A stretch of DNA of 64,000 bases, from positions 9,524 through 73,523 of the forward strand of contig CAYWPX010000005.1 of NCBI GenBank assembly GCA_964460615.1, read 5' to 3'. Positions 1 to 9,750 of this stretch are shown one piece after another. Position 1 is the first letter of the stretch. Each line of letters opens with the position of its first letter. Position numbers and translations under genes: made by a program. The DNA comes from an uncultured Planctomycetia bacterium. Lineage in GTDB: Bacteria; Omnitrophota; Gorgyraeia; CAYWPX01. The notes beneath the pieces were generated by a model. That model was not told the DNA's origin, made no database searches, and saw only the letters and a program-made list of their open reading frames with translations.

Positions 1-167
1 AGAAGTAACTGGCACTTTTGAAGTAGACAAGAAGATTATTGTCGGGGTGGAAGGGAAAAAGCGCCTTGACTCGCTCTTTTATATTAAAGACGCAGTAATT
101 AATAAAAAGAATCAAACGATATTCCAGGGAATATTTTAAAAATTAATTATTGGGAGGTTTTATAAGT

Positions 168-1157
168 ATGCATAAAAAAATTTTAGTAGTTTTTTTGTTT
201 ACATTTTTTTTTAGCTCGTCTTTTATTGTTGCCTCAAGTGAAGAGGTAGCAAAAAAACCCGATGTCATTACTACACTTTTCCCCACATATGATTTTGCCA
301 GACAAATAGGCAGGGACAAAATTGATTTGACCCTACTTTTGCCACCTGGAGTTGAGCCGCATGCCTATGAACCTAAACCACAGGATATTGTAAAGATAAG
401 TAAAGCGGATATTTTTATATATACCGGTAAAACTATGGAGCCCTGGGTAGAGAATATTCTAAAGGGCATTTCTAATAAAAATCTTCTGGTTGTTGACGCA
501 AGTTCCGGAATTGGTTTAATGAGTGAGGATGACCATGATTTGGATGAGGAGCTTCAAGAAGGCGGCCACCATGATGGAAAACACTCTGAAGCTCATGATG
601 AACACGGCCATCATCATCACGGGGGAAAAGACCCTCATATTTGGCTTGATCTGGCTAATGACCAGATCATAGTCGATACGATTACAAAAGCGCTTATTGA
701 GAAAGATTTGACCAATAAAGAATTTTATTCGAAAAATGCTGAAGAATATAAACTCAAACTGGCAAGCCTGGACAACCGGTTTAAGGAAACACTTGCTACC
801 GCCAAACATAAAACAATTATCTACGGAGGCCATTTTGCTTTTGGATACTTTGCAAAACGATACGGATTGGAGTATAATTCACCATATAAGGGTTTTTCAC
901 CAAACGCCGAGCCCAGCCCTAAGTCCATAGTAGAATTGATGGGGAAAATGAAAAAAACCGGGTCAAAATATATTTATCACGAGGAACTGCTTGACCCGAA
1001 AATTGCCCGGACAATTGCCGATGAGACAGGGGCAAAGCTTGAACTGCTTCACGGCGCCCACAATATTAGCAAAGATGAACTTAGCCAGGGGAAAACCTTC
1101 CTTGATATAATGGAAGATAACTTGAATAAATTAAAAATAGGCCTTGAATGCCAATGA
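168..1157 (+). CDS. znuA: Metal (Zn/Mn) ABC transporter substrate-binding protein, ZnuA/TroA family, with a His-rich loop (HDGKHSEAHDEHGHHHHGG)
   Basis: Signal peptide, TroA-fold signature regions and a His/Asp/Glu-rich flexible loop typical of ZnuA. The ORF track begins at a TTG at 150, but a GGGAGG RBS at 152-157 favours the ATG at 168. Followed directly by an ABC ATPase and permease. Confidence 0.8.
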   Translation: MHKKILVVFLFTFFFSSSFIVASSEEVAKKPDVITTLFPTYDFARQIGRDKIDLTLLLPPGVEPHAYEPKPQDIVKISKADIFIYTGKTMEPWVENILKGISNKNLLVVDASSGIGLMSEDDHDLDEELQEGGHHDGKHSEAHDEHGHHHHGGKDPHIWLDLANDQIIVDTITKALIEKDLTNKEFYSKNAEEYKLKLASLDNRFKETLATAKHKTIIYGGHFAFGYFAKRYGLEYNSPYKGFSPNAEPSPKSIVELMGKMKKTGSKYIYHEELLDPKIARTIADETGAKLELLHGAHNISKDELSQGKTFLDIMEDNLNKLKIGLECQ

Positions 1158-1894
1158 GTATTGTTGAAGTAAAAGACCTTACTGTAAAATACCGTGAAAT
1201 AACTGCGCTTTCAAATATAAGTTTCGGTGTAGAGCCTTCGGACTTTATAGGTGTAGTCGGGCCTAACGGTTCCGGGAAGACAACGTTGGTAAAAGCGCTT
1301 TTGGGGCTTCTGCCTTATGAAGGAAGTATTCTGTTTAAGGGAAAAGATTTCTTTTCCTTCACCAAAACCGGCCATGTAGGGTATCTTCCGCAGAAAATGT
1401 CTTATCTTGACCAGCATTTCCCTGCGACGGCTCTTGAGATAGTAGTGTCGGGAGTATATTGCTGTAAAAAATTCCCGAAATATCTACTTAAAAGTGACTA
1501 CAAATCCGCGCTTAAGGCTATGGATACCCTTGGAGTTATAAATCTTAGAAATCGTCCTGTCGGGATGCTGTCGGGCGGACAGCAGCAGAGAATTTTGTTG
1601 GCGCGCTCACTTGTGCATAATCCGGAAATACTGATACTTGACGAGCCAACAATAGCTCTTGACCCTCAGTCAAGGGACGTTTTTTATGAAACGGTGGAAA
1701 AACTAAACAAGGAAAGAAAAGTTACGGTAATTTTAGTAACGCATGATGTTGTTTCTATACAAAAATACGTTTCAAAGATACTCTATCTTGATAACAGGCT
1801 TATTTTCTACGGGTCATTTGATGACTTCTGCTCTTCCGCCAAAATGTCTGATTATTTCAAGGCAGGACAGCCAATAATATGTCACAGGCATTAG
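1148..1894 (+). CDS. znuC: Metal ABC transporter ATP-binding protein
   Basis: Walker A GPNGSGKTT, ABC signature LSGGQQQR, Walker B ILILDEP. Start overlaps the znuA stop (ATGA-type coupling). Confidence 0.8.
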   Translation: MPMSIVEVKDLTVKYREITALSNISFGVEPSDFIGVVGPNGSGKTTLVKALLGLLPYEGSILFKGKDFFSFTKTGHVGYLPQKMSYLDQHFPATALEIVVSGVYCCKKFPKYLLKSDYKSALKAMDTLGVINLRNRPVGMLSGGQQQRILLARSLVHNPEILILDEPTIALDPQSRDVFYETVEKLNKERKVTVILVTHDVVSIQKYVSKILYLDNRLIFYGSFDDFCSSAKMSDYFKAGQPIICHRH

Positions 1895-1964
1895 TTATAA
1901 AGAATTTACAAACAATAGATAGTTAAATATTAACTCAAGGTTTGGGAAAAAATTATACTACAAT

Positions 1965-2783
1965 ATGGATATTTTATTACAAATTAAAGAAGCTCTTCAG
2001 TATGGCTTTATCCAAAGAGCAGTCATAGCGGGATGTTTTATGGCTATAGGATGCTCATTTCTGGGGGTTTTTCTTGTGTTGCGGCGCTTTTCTTTAATTG
2101 GTGACGGACTGGCGCATGTAAGTTTTGCGACTGTGGCAATAGCGCTTCTTTTGCATGCTCAGCCGATGATCATATCTATACCGCTCGTTGGTCTGGCTTC
2201 TTTGGCCATTTTGAAGCTCAATGAAAAAGCCCACGTCTTTGGCGATGCAGCCATTGGGCTTGTCTCGTCATTTGGCATAGCGCTCGGGGTTATTATTGCA
2301 AGCACAGCCGGAGGGTTTAATGTCGATCTATTCAGCTATTTATTCGGAAATATACTATCTGTAAGTTCATTTGAGACATGGTTGACGGTAATAATATCTA
2401 TGATCGTTCTAATGGTGGTAATTCTTTTTTATCACGATCTCTTCGCTATTACTTTTGACGAAAACTATGCCTCAATCTCGGGTATAAAGGTAAAGATGGT
2501 CAATAAGATCCTGATCCTGCTGACTTCTCTTATAGTCGTACTCGGGATAAAGATCGTAGGCACAATGCTTGTTTCAAGCCTGATTATTTTGCCGGCAATC
2601 ACCGCATTGCAGATAGTAAAGAGTTTTAAAGCAACGATTTTGGTAGCGGGGATTTTGTCTATCGTTTCGGTGGTTATCGGGATCTTTGTCTCATATATTT
2701 TTAATTTACCTTCGGGCGCAACGATCGTAATGGTTAATTTTTTATTTTTTGGGGTTGCTTATCTTAAAAACCGGTTTTCTTAG
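1965..2783 (+). CDS. znuB: Metal ABC transporter permease (ABC-3 family)
   Basis: Polytopic hydrophobic 272-aa protein at the third position of the znuACB arrangement. Confidence 0.75.
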   Translation: MDILLQIKEALQYGFIQRAVIAGCFMAIGCSFLGVFLVLRRFSLIGDGLAHVSFATVAIALLLHAQPMIISIPLVGLASLAILKLNEKAHVFGDAAIGLVSSFGIALGVIIASTAGGFNVDLFSYLFGNILSVSSFETWLTVIISMIVLMVVILFYHDLFAITFDENYASISGIKVKMVNKILILLTSLIVVLGIKIVGTMLVSSLIILPAITALQIVKSFKATILVAGILSIVSVVIGIFVSYIFNLPSGATIVMVNFLFFGVAYLKNRFS

Positions 2784-2859
2784 CAGAATAAAATCGCTAT
2801 TCTAAACCTTGCCTAAAAATGTAACCATACTAAATCAATAAGAGGAGAGCATAGATTCG

Positions 2860-3603
2860 ATGAAAAGATTTTTTAACTGGCAAGTCATTCTTGCTTGCTT
2901 ACTGATAAGCCTTTCAATAATATTTTATCTTCTGCATTATTTTTTATTCAGAGATGCCCATCATATTTTCTTATATATGATAGGCGACATAGCATTTTTA
3001 TTTTTAGATGTCCTCATTGTGACAATGGTCCTGCATCGTCTGCTTGAATTCAGGGAAAAAAGATCGATACTTAATAAGCTTAATATGGTTATCGGAACTT
3101 TTTTCAGCGAAGTAGGCACCGAGCTTTTGAAAAAATGCTCAAGGTTTGACCCGGGGTTAACCGATATAGCTAAGTCGCTAGTTATCACAGCAGACTGGAA
3201 CAATAAAGAGTTTGCCGCAGGACGCGCATCCGTAAAAAAACACGCTTCTAACCTGAACAGCAAAAGCGGCAATCTGGCTGAGGTAAAAGATTTTTTGGTA
3301 ACAAAGAGGCCTTTTTTGCTGAACCTCCTGGAGAATCCTAATTTATTGGAGCACGAGTCGTTTACGGAACTATTGTGGGCGGTATTTCATTTGACCGATG
3401 AACTGGTGCACAGAAAAGATCTTTCTAGATTACCCGATACCGACTATCAGCATCTGTCAGGTGATATAAAGCGGGCTTACCAGCAGTTGATTTTGCAATG
3501 GCTGGATTACATGAGGCACCTTAAATGCAACTATCCTTATCTATTTTCTCTGGCGATTCGTATGAATCCTTTTGACGAGAAAGCCTCTATAGAGGTTAAA
3601 TAA
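2860..3603 (+). CDS. Hypothetical membrane protein
   Basis: Two N-terminal TM helices followed by a soluble domain. No motif recognised. Confidence 0.4.
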   Translation: MKRFFNWQVILACLLISLSIIFYLLHYFLFRDAHHIFLYMIGDIAFLFLDVLIVTMVLHRLLEFREKRSILNKLNMVIGTFFSEVGTELLKKCSRFDPGLTDIAKSLVITADWNNKEFAAGRASVKKHASNLNSKSGNLAEVKDFLVTKRPFLLNLLENPNLLEHESFTELLWAVFHLTDELVHRKDLSRLPDTDYQHLSGDIKRAYQQLILQWLDYMRHLKCNYPYLFSLAIRMNPFDEKASIEVK

Positions 3604-3625
3604 ATAGTCAATGACTATTTATTTA

Positions 3626-3658
3626 GCTCATGGCTTCCGCCACAAAGCGTTGGCGGGC
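3626..3658. repeat. Intergenic module GCTCATGG-CTTCCGCCACAAAGCGTTGGCGGGC (CCGCCA/TGGCGG hairpin). Second, diverged copy at 9656-9694
   Basis: Direct comparison of the two intergenic stretches. Both lie 60-150 nt upstream of a + strand start and are followed by a GATAGCTGATGG-type heptamer module. Confidence 0.6.
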
Positions 3659-3808
3659 CCCGAGAAATTGTGAAGCAATTTCCGGGACTAAGTCCTTGGA
3701 ATTTTATTATTTAAAATTCCTAAGGGCAGGGATAGCTGATGGTTATAACGCGCTGCTTGGCACCAGGAATACAATTAAATCAATACAACCTTAACTATAG
3801 GAGGAGAT

Positions 3809-3967
3809 ATGAAAAAGACCAAGGTAATTGGAATATCGTTTTTGATTTTAGCAGTTTATACAATCATAGGCATGATCTTAAATAACGATGCTTTTTGGGC
3901 AGTGTATAACTACATAACTTTGGGTTTATCGATAATTAGCGGGGTTATGCTAGTAAGAGAGAAGTAA
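3809..3967 (+). CDS. Small hypothetical membrane peptide (52 aa)
   Basis: Strong RBS TAGGAGGAG 6 nt upstream of the ATG. Hydrophobic 52-aa product. Not in the ORF track (below 60 aa). Confidence 0.3.
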   Translation: MKKTKVIGISFLILAVYTIIGMILNNDAFWAVYNYITLGLSIISGVMLVREK

Positions 3968-3987
3968 TAAAATAAATCGCCTTATGG

Positions 3988-4542
3988 CTATTGGTTTCTC
4001 CCAGTAGCTTCTTTTAAAGCATTGAGGAATTTAGGATTAACGCTATACCCAAGTTCAATAGCCTTATTTACATCATCCCAGCAGTTATCGTATTGGGCTT
4101 TTCGGAAATAGGCAACGGAACGATCATAATAAAATTGTCCTTTATTGCTGTTGTCAGTTCCAATATTCAATGCCTCGCCAAAATATTTAATCGCCGCGTC
4201 CATATTGTCATTCATAGCATAAGTTAATCCTAAGTCATGATAAACATTAGGATCTTTGGGATTGGCAGCTATTGCTTTATTATAATCTGAGATGGCTTTA
4301 TCAAAATCACCTTTTTTGGCATATGCGGTTGCACGGTTCGCAAGCGCGGTAGAATTATTTGGTTCTATCGCCAGGGCTTTATCGTATTCGCTAATAGCAT
4401 AGTCATAATTTCCTTGCTCATAATAGTCAAACCCTTGGTTAATATACGAGCTAACATCTTGGGCATAAACATTACCATAAATTGCCACAATGCCATAACA
4501 AAAGAATAATGTTTTTATAAAAAATAGTTTATTTCGTTTCAT
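3988..4542 (-). CDS. Secreted TPR-repeat protein
   Basis: Signal peptide, then repeated TPR-like segments (YYEQGNYDYAISEYDKALAIEPNN, AYAKKGDFDKAISDYNKAIAANP). Confidence 0.7.
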   Translation of the reverse strand: MKRNKLFFIKTLFFCYGIVAIYGNVYAQDVSSYINQGFDYYEQGNYDYAISEYDKALAIEPNNSTALANRATAYAKKGDFDKAISDYNKAIAANPKDPNVYHDLGLTYAMNDNMDAAIKYFGEALNIGTDNSNKGQFYYDRSVAYFRKAQYDNCWDDVNKAIELGYSVNPKFLNALKEATGRNQ

Positions 4543-4556
4543 CTAAAATACTCCTC

Positions 4557-5948
4557 TTATTTCCAATATTCTGGATTTAGTGTAGTAAAATCAAATTTTC
4601 CCATTACTTCGGCTTCAGGGGTCATGGGACCATAGTTGACGGACTTCATGTCGTCAGTTATTGAAATAAGCCGTGGAGCCCTTCGGCTAACACTTATTCC
4701 TATAAGCCCCGCTTCAATAATATCACTGGTTGTACTTTTCGCTATTACGAGCCGGTCTCCATCAATAGCTTCGGGATCAATGGTAACGGTTGCGGTATAC
4801 CCACCCATCTTTTTGGCAAGCGTTAATTCTGTGAAATGATAATCAGGGTTTGTGCCATAGCTTTCCACTGACTTTAGATTAAAATCTTTAATCCAAATAA
4901 AAAGTATATCGGTACATTTTCCGGGAGGAAGGAAAGAATGCCTGTCCATTTCATAGTTGCGTCCGGCCATCATCGAATGTGTGAGACTAAAAGGAGCTTT
5001 TTTATCGAGGATCCTTATAATAATATTATCTAGTTTGCGGTTACCATCATATAAATGCAAAACTTTACCTACCGTGGGATTATTATTGCTCTGGCTATTT
5101 GAAATAAACCAGCTGGGGCATTGCCCGAGAGGCTCGTCATAAGCGCTCAACTCATAACCTTTGGCAAAAATACGGTAATAGCCTTGATTTATTATATTAA
5201 TAGTAAAATACCCACCGCCATCTGTCAAAGCTGAATAGGTATGACCATTTCTGATATTTACCGCGAATACCATGGATTTTTTTTGTGAGTTGGATGTTTC
5301 GACTTTACCAGAGATCGTATGAACAGTTTCAGGAGCCCACATGCCACGTAAATCCGCTCGATCCTGTTCGCTAAAGGCAAGGAATTCGTCATCGCTCCAT
5401 GCCTTAGTACCGCAGAGCATTATGGCAGAAGTCGAAGCAGCATGCTCAAGACCCAATGCATGCCCTATCTCATGGATCATAGTATTGTAGGACATTGCAT
5501 AATAACCGTATTCGGTATTTAAAATTACTAAACCTTTTTGATAATCATGGGGGATAGCGCCTGAGTAACTTCCTCCGCCAGAAACCGATTTCCCAGGAAC
5601 AGTTGCCCCTGCCAGCACAACATAGATACAACCATCATTAGGAACTTCACTGATATTACCGTAATTGAAATTTTCAAGACCCTTGAAGACAAACTTTAGC
5701 CCTGTCTCAGGCACCGAACCCCATAATTCAAAAGCCTTTTTTATTTTTTCTACAACAGGTTCGGGCGTGGAAATATTTTTATTTTGTCTTTTATCAAATA
5801 GATTCGAGGATATCTTGTAGTTAATTATCCTAGCGGATTTTGATTGGCCGGAAGGTTTATCGGCATAGGAAGTTACATCTATCAAAAAAAGAAACATTAA
5901 ACTTAAAAGAAAAGCAGTATACCTACTGATCGCATAATCTGATCTCAT
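4557..5948 (-). CDS. Secreted metzincin-type zinc metalloprotease
   Basis: Extended zinc-binding motif HEIGHALGLEH (HExxHxxGxxH) with a downstream Met-turn candidate. N-terminal signal/TM. C-terminal beta-rich region. Confidence 0.7.
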   Translation of the reverse strand: MRSDYAISRYTAFLLSLMFLFLIDVTSYADKPSGQSKSARIINYKISSNLFDKRQNKNISTPEPVVEKIKKAFELWGSVPETGLKFVFKGLENFNYGNISEVPNDGCIYVVLAGATVPGKSVSGGGSYSGAIPHDYQKGLVILNTEYGYYAMSYNTMIHEIGHALGLEHAASTSAIMLCGTKAWSDDEFLAFSEQDRADLRGMWAPETVHTISGKVETSNSQKKSMVFAVNIRNGHTYSALTDGGGYFTINIINQGYYRIFAKGYELSAYDEPLGQCPSWFISNSQSNNNPTVGKVLHLYDGNRKLDNIIIRILDKKAPFSLTHSMMAGRNYEMDRHSFLPPGKCTDILFIWIKDFNLKSVESYGTNPDYHFTELTLAKKMGGYTATVTIDPEAIDGDRLVIAKSTTSDIIEAGLIGISVSRRAPRLISITDDMKSVNYGPMTPEAEVMGKFDFTTLNPEYWK

Positions 5949-6192
5949 AATGCCTCATTGTAATAAAGATTTTCCTTTAACTTATAGAGCAATGAATATA
6001 GTAATATTATAACTAATTTCTTCTTTAAATGCAATAGATGGTATTAAACCATATTTCTAATATCATACATAATATCAATGATCATTTTTTTCTTAAAACG
6101 CATTTTGATTAAATGTGAAATTTCATAGAATAAGGATACCCTATATGCTATAATGAGCTTTATTATCAAAACATCAAGAAAGCAAGTAAAAT

Positions 6193-6648
6193 ATGGTTAA
6201 ATGTTATATATGCGGTCTTGAATATGAAGAAAACCAGGGGGTATCATGCCCGCGTTGCGAGGCAAAACCGTCTGGTTTTAACATGTCAGATCTGTTCAAT
6301 CCAAAAAAAACATCTAAAGATAAACAAAGAAACGCTCTTGTCACAGCTGGCCGCCTTTTAAAAAGAGATATGTATATAGATGGAATAGGTTTTATAAGCG
6401 GTCTTATATTTTTCGGGCTATCAACTTTTGCTGAAATGTTCGCTTTATTAGGGACTGTTTCTTTATACATATGGTTTTTCTGGAGATTATTTGTTGTAAT
6501 AAGGATACGCTACCTTTTGATATTTATGGATAAAAAGAGGGGAACAGTATTTTTCTCTCAATTGCTTGCGTTACTTCTGCCGTTTGGCGAAATATTAATC
6601 GGGATAGATACATTATTCCAATTAAAAGATATGCTAAAAAAAGCCTAG
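6193..6648 (+). CDS. Zinc-ribbon membrane protein
   Basis: N-terminal CxxC...CxxC (CYICGLEYEENQGVSCPRC) then two TM helices. Extended -10 (TGCTATAAT) upstream. Confidence 0.5.
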   Translation: MVKCYICGLEYEENQGVSCPRCEAKPSGFNMSDLFNPKKTSKDKQRNALVTAGRLLKRDMYIDGIGFISGLIFFGLSTFAEMFALLGTVSLYIWFFWRLFVVIRIRYLLIFMDKKRGTVFFSQLLALLLPFGEILIGIDTLFQLKDMLKKA

Positions 6649-6649
6649 A

Positions 6650-6827
6650 TCAGTGGTTATGAGTTATGAGTTGGGAGTAAGAGATTGCTCAAGGGTCTAG
6701 GGGATAGGGTCTAGGGAAGAGAAAAAACGCTTCAGGTTACAAGCTTTTCCTCAGTTTAAACTTCGGGCTACGCAGGTTACAAGAAGAAGGTGTAGAAGAA
6801 CACAAGAACACATGTCACAGGTAAATA
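6650..6827. repeat. Mosaic intergenic repeat, composite part: (GTTATGA)x2, (GGGTCTAGG)x2, GCTTCAGGTTACAAG, CACAAGAACACATGTCACAGG modules
   Basis: Short tandem heptamer/nonamer iterations. Modules shared with the family-A and family-B copies elsewhere. Confidence 0.6.
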
Positions 6828-6946
6828 AGCTCATAGCTCATGGCTCATAGAAAAAGATAAGAGAAGCTTCAGGCCGCAAGCCACAGGCTACAGGTAAAAG
6901 ATTGAACCAAAAACGCCGTACCCCGTACGCCGTACTAAAAAAATAG
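6828..6946. repeat. Intergenic repeat family A, copy 1: (AGCTCAT)x3 - GCTTCAGGCCGCAAG - (CCACAGG,CTACAGG) - (CCGTACN)x3
   Basis: ~90% identical to 16946-17067. Clear 7-nt periodicity. Confidence 0.8.
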
Positions 6947-6976
6947 CTTATACAAAAATAAAAAGAAAGGCAGAAT

Positions 6977-9418
6977 ATGAACATACGAATATTAAAAGAA
7001 AAAAAATCGATTTTTAAGGTTTTAAGTTTAGTTGTTATTTTTTCATTTACACTGATAGTTAAACCGCTTTTAGCCGAAGATGCGGCCACGAACACGGCTT
7101 CTACAAGCAATGACTCTGCAACATCTGCCCCGACTATTGATAAAATAATCGAGACCACGACTTCAACGGAAGACACCGAATATTTACGCTCAGTTTTAAA
7201 AGAAACTTTTGATTCTTTATTATATTACAGGCACCCGGTTACAGGACTGTATTCCCAGAATCCTCAGAGCAACAAGGAGATGTCCAAGTGCGACCATATA
7301 GGTATGGTCTTTGGTTGTATTGCTATCGGCGGTAAAATAGGGCTTATCAGTGACGAAGAAGCTAAGCGCGAACTTGGTAAAGCACTGAGTTCTTTAGAAA
7401 AAGTCCCTACTGCTTCAGGGTTTCCCGCTGAACCGATAAAAGCTTCCGATCCTACAATAGGCTCTTCGGGTTGGGTAGCAGTGGCGGATATGGGGTGGTA
7501 TCCCTGCGGACTGATTGTTGCAGGAGAGGCGTATCCTGAATTTAAGCCACGAATTATGAAACTAATAAACGCTATGGACTGGACCAAGATGTACAACGCC
7601 GAAAAAGGATTCCTAAAAGGCATCTATGCCGTACAAAACGGGGTTTTAAAGGCTGAGGGACTTGATCTCTTGATCGCAAGCGACCAGCGTATGGCGATTT
7701 TTATTTCCATAGCCTCAGGAAAAGTCCCCGCATCAGTATGGGATAGAATGCCGCGCAATTACCTTACCAGATACGGCGAAAAATATTTAAAGCCAGGCGA
7801 AGGCCTCGGCTATGGGGAACAACCCTGGGATATGGGATATTATATAGATGAACGAGGTTCGGAAGTAGGCATGTCCAATGCTAACTTAGCCTGGGTGCAA
7901 ATGCATTACGCTTTGGATATGTGGTATCCGACTTGGGGATGGTCAAACTGTCTTACTCTTGAAAGATATATGGGTTTTGGCGATCCAGATACGTCCTGGT
8001 CATCGATAAATGCCCATGCAATAGCGCCGGCAGTAGTATTTTACCCAAACCAGGTAGTAAAAGCGCTAAAAAAACTGGAAGAACTTGGGAATAGAGAACC
8101 GGTCAGGCCTGATGGAATTACACTAAAAAAATTCGGCTTCAGAGCATCGTATGATGTGGATAAGAAAAAATCTCCTGAGGCGGTTCTTGCGGGCCTGGAC
8201 CAGCCGATGATATTTATGTCACTGGCAAATTACTTATACGACGGAATAATTTGGAAGCTTTTCAAACAAAACGAGATGGTAAGTAACGGCCTAAAATTAA
8301 TTAAGGAATATTCTAACCCCAATGCTGATTACATCAAACTTTATAAATCACGTGATACTAAAGGCCCGTCTATTGAATATAACCCGAAAGAACCCGGAAA
8401 GAAAATTATTGTAGTAGACGATTTTACAAAAAACGGCAACATAAATTCTCTTGGCGCCAATAGAGAACCGACTCTTTGCAGGCTGAACTCAACCAATGGC
8501 ATCGGAGCTCTTGAATTTATTGGAATCGGAAGCAGCCGCGGTTGGTTTATTGAAAAACTTAATGGAGTTAATCTGGTCCATCACCGGCTTCTTAAGCTAT
8601 CTATAAAAGGCAAAACTGAAGGCAAGGTCAAATTATCCCTGCGTATCGGAGGTACGGGAGGGTACAGGATGTTACCTATCACGACCGAGTGGACTGAGTA
8701 TTTGATACCCCTACGCAGTATGCTAGGCGGAACCGGGTACGACTATTCAAAAGAAAATCCTGAATTTCCATGGACAGCTATGTGGTACAACAGGTTTTCC
8801 GGTGAAGAGATCAGGATAGACCAGTTAGAAATGCCTTCTTTTGAACTTAAAGAAATATCCTTTATTGCCGCCACACCCGAAGAGATAGATATAGCCGCAG
8901 CAGCACTTGTTGCCGTCAAACCTACGGTGATAGAGCCTGACGGGACTTTTGACAGAATGGAAAAAATAGCTCTATGGTATGCGATCAGATCAGGACATAA
9001 CTCAAAGGCCGAAATATCTTCTTTGCCGGGCGTAGAAGGTAAAGGTATAGCCCTTAATTTCCAATTTCTGGAAACAGGCGCTGATAACTGGGCTTTAATC
9101 GGCAGAAAAGTCGCTTTTGAATTCCCGGAAAAAATGGATCTGGTTTTCAACATGAAGGTTACCGGAGGCCCGGCAGACCTGGAAGTAAAATTTGTTGATA
9201 ATAGCGGTGCTAACTACAGGATCACTCTGCCGAATAAAATTGTAAGTTCTGATTGGCAGATTGTAAGAGTGCCTATAGATACTATCCCTTACGGATGGGG
9301 CGGCATAGCAAAACCAAGAATTACTGATGCAGTTGAACTTCATTTTGCGGCAGTCTCAAAGTCAATGGTAAGCGGGACTGTTATCTTTGATAATTTGAAA
9401 ATTGAGAAGTCGAAGTAA
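6977..9418 (+). CDS. Large secreted protein (813 aa). Central region possibly an (alpha/alpha)6 glycoside-hydrolase-like (DUF3131/GH144-like) domain, with a C-terminal beta-sandwich CBM-like domain
   Basis: Signal peptide, Thr/Ser-rich linker, Trp/Tyr/Asp-rich central domain, C-terminal beta-rich domain. The family assignment is by recall only. Confidence 0.35.
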   Translation: MNIRILKEKKSIFKVLSLVVIFSFTLIVKPLLAEDAATNTASTSNDSATSAPTIDKIIETTTSTEDTEYLRSVLKETFDSLLYYRHPVTGLYSQNPQSNKEMSKCDHIGMVFGCIAIGGKIGLISDEEAKRELGKALSSLEKVPTASGFPAEPIKASDPTIGSSGWVAVADMGWYPCGLIVAGEAYPEFKPRIMKLINAMDWTKMYNAEKGFLKGIYAVQNGVLKAEGLDLLIASDQRMAIFISIASGKVPASVWDRMPRNYLTRYGEKYLKPGEGLGYGEQPWDMGYYIDERGSEVGMSNANLAWVQMHYALDMWYPTWGWSNCLTLERYMGFGDPDTSWSSINAHAIAPAVVFYPNQVVKALKKLEELGNREPVRPDGITLKKFGFRASYDVDKKKSPEAVLAGLDQPMIFMSLANYLYDGIIWKLFKQNEMVSNGLKLIKEYSNPNADYIKLYKSRDTKGPSIEYNPKEPGKKIIVVDDFTKNGNINSLGANREPTLCRLNSTNGIGALEFIGIGSSRGWFIEKLNGVNLVHHRLLKLSIKGKTEGKVKLSLRIGGTGGYRMLPITTEWTEYLIPLRSMLGGTGYDYSKENPEFPWTAMWYNRFSGEEIRIDQLEMPSFELKEISFIAATPEEIDIAAAALVAVKPTVIEPDGTFDRMEKIALWYAIRSGHNSKAEISSLPGVEGKGIALNFQFLETGADNWALIGRKVAFEFPEKMDLVFNMKVTGGPADLEVKFVDNSGANYRITLPNKIVSSDWQIVRVPIDTIPYGWGGIAKPRITDAVELHFAAVSKSMVSGTVIFDNLKIEKSK

Positions 9419-9448
9419 GAAATAGTTCATAGACATTGGAGCGCCAAG

Positions 9449-9582
9449 ACACAACGTCACAAGTTTAAAGAAGAAGAATTTGCTTGTGCTCTTGTGTCAT
9501 TGTGCTCATGTGTCAATAAATGCTGGTAACTGGTGCTCTGGCGATTGGTGCACTGGTAACAGCAATACCGGTACCCTGATGA
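9449..9582. repeat. Intergenic repeat family B, diverged copy 3
   Basis: Shares GTCACAAGTTTAAAG...GCTTGTGCTCTTGTG...ACAGCAATACCGGTACCCTG with the copies at 10984 and 13153. Confidence 0.6.
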
Positions 9583-9750
9583 CTTGCGTAGCCCCGAGGT
9601 TTCAACCAAAGGATAGCTGGTTCACTTTTTACGCTGAATGCTGATGACTAAAAACTTCCACCACAAACCGTTGGCGGGCGGGCATAGCTGATAGTTGGGG
9701 GTTCTAACTAAATAACATTTCCTATATTATTTATACAACAGGAGAAAGAA

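Noticed and set aside
1-149. Possible 3' end of an upstream gene at the window start
   Set aside because: The frame ending at the TAA at 136-138 has an in-frame TGA at 19-21, and the other frames are short. I could not support a partial CDS here.
150-167. TTG start at 150 for znuA given by the ORF track
   Set aside because: A GGGAGG Shine-Dalgarno lies inside this extension and is correctly spaced for the ATG at 168, which also begins a typical signal peptide (MHKKILVVFLF).
516-930. Track ORFs 516-833 (-) and 736-930 (+) inside znuA
   Set aside because: They are fully embedded in or antisense to a well-supported ZnuA-family gene and have no RBS or domain signal. Typical shadow ORFs in a His/Asp-codon-rich region.
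6838-7176. 112-aa minus-strand ORF spanning repeat family A copy 1 and the 5' end of the 813-aa gene
   Set aside because: It reads through a heptamer repeat array and overlaps the signal-peptide region of a convincing + strand gene. The identical repeat copy at 16946 has no equivalent ORF.
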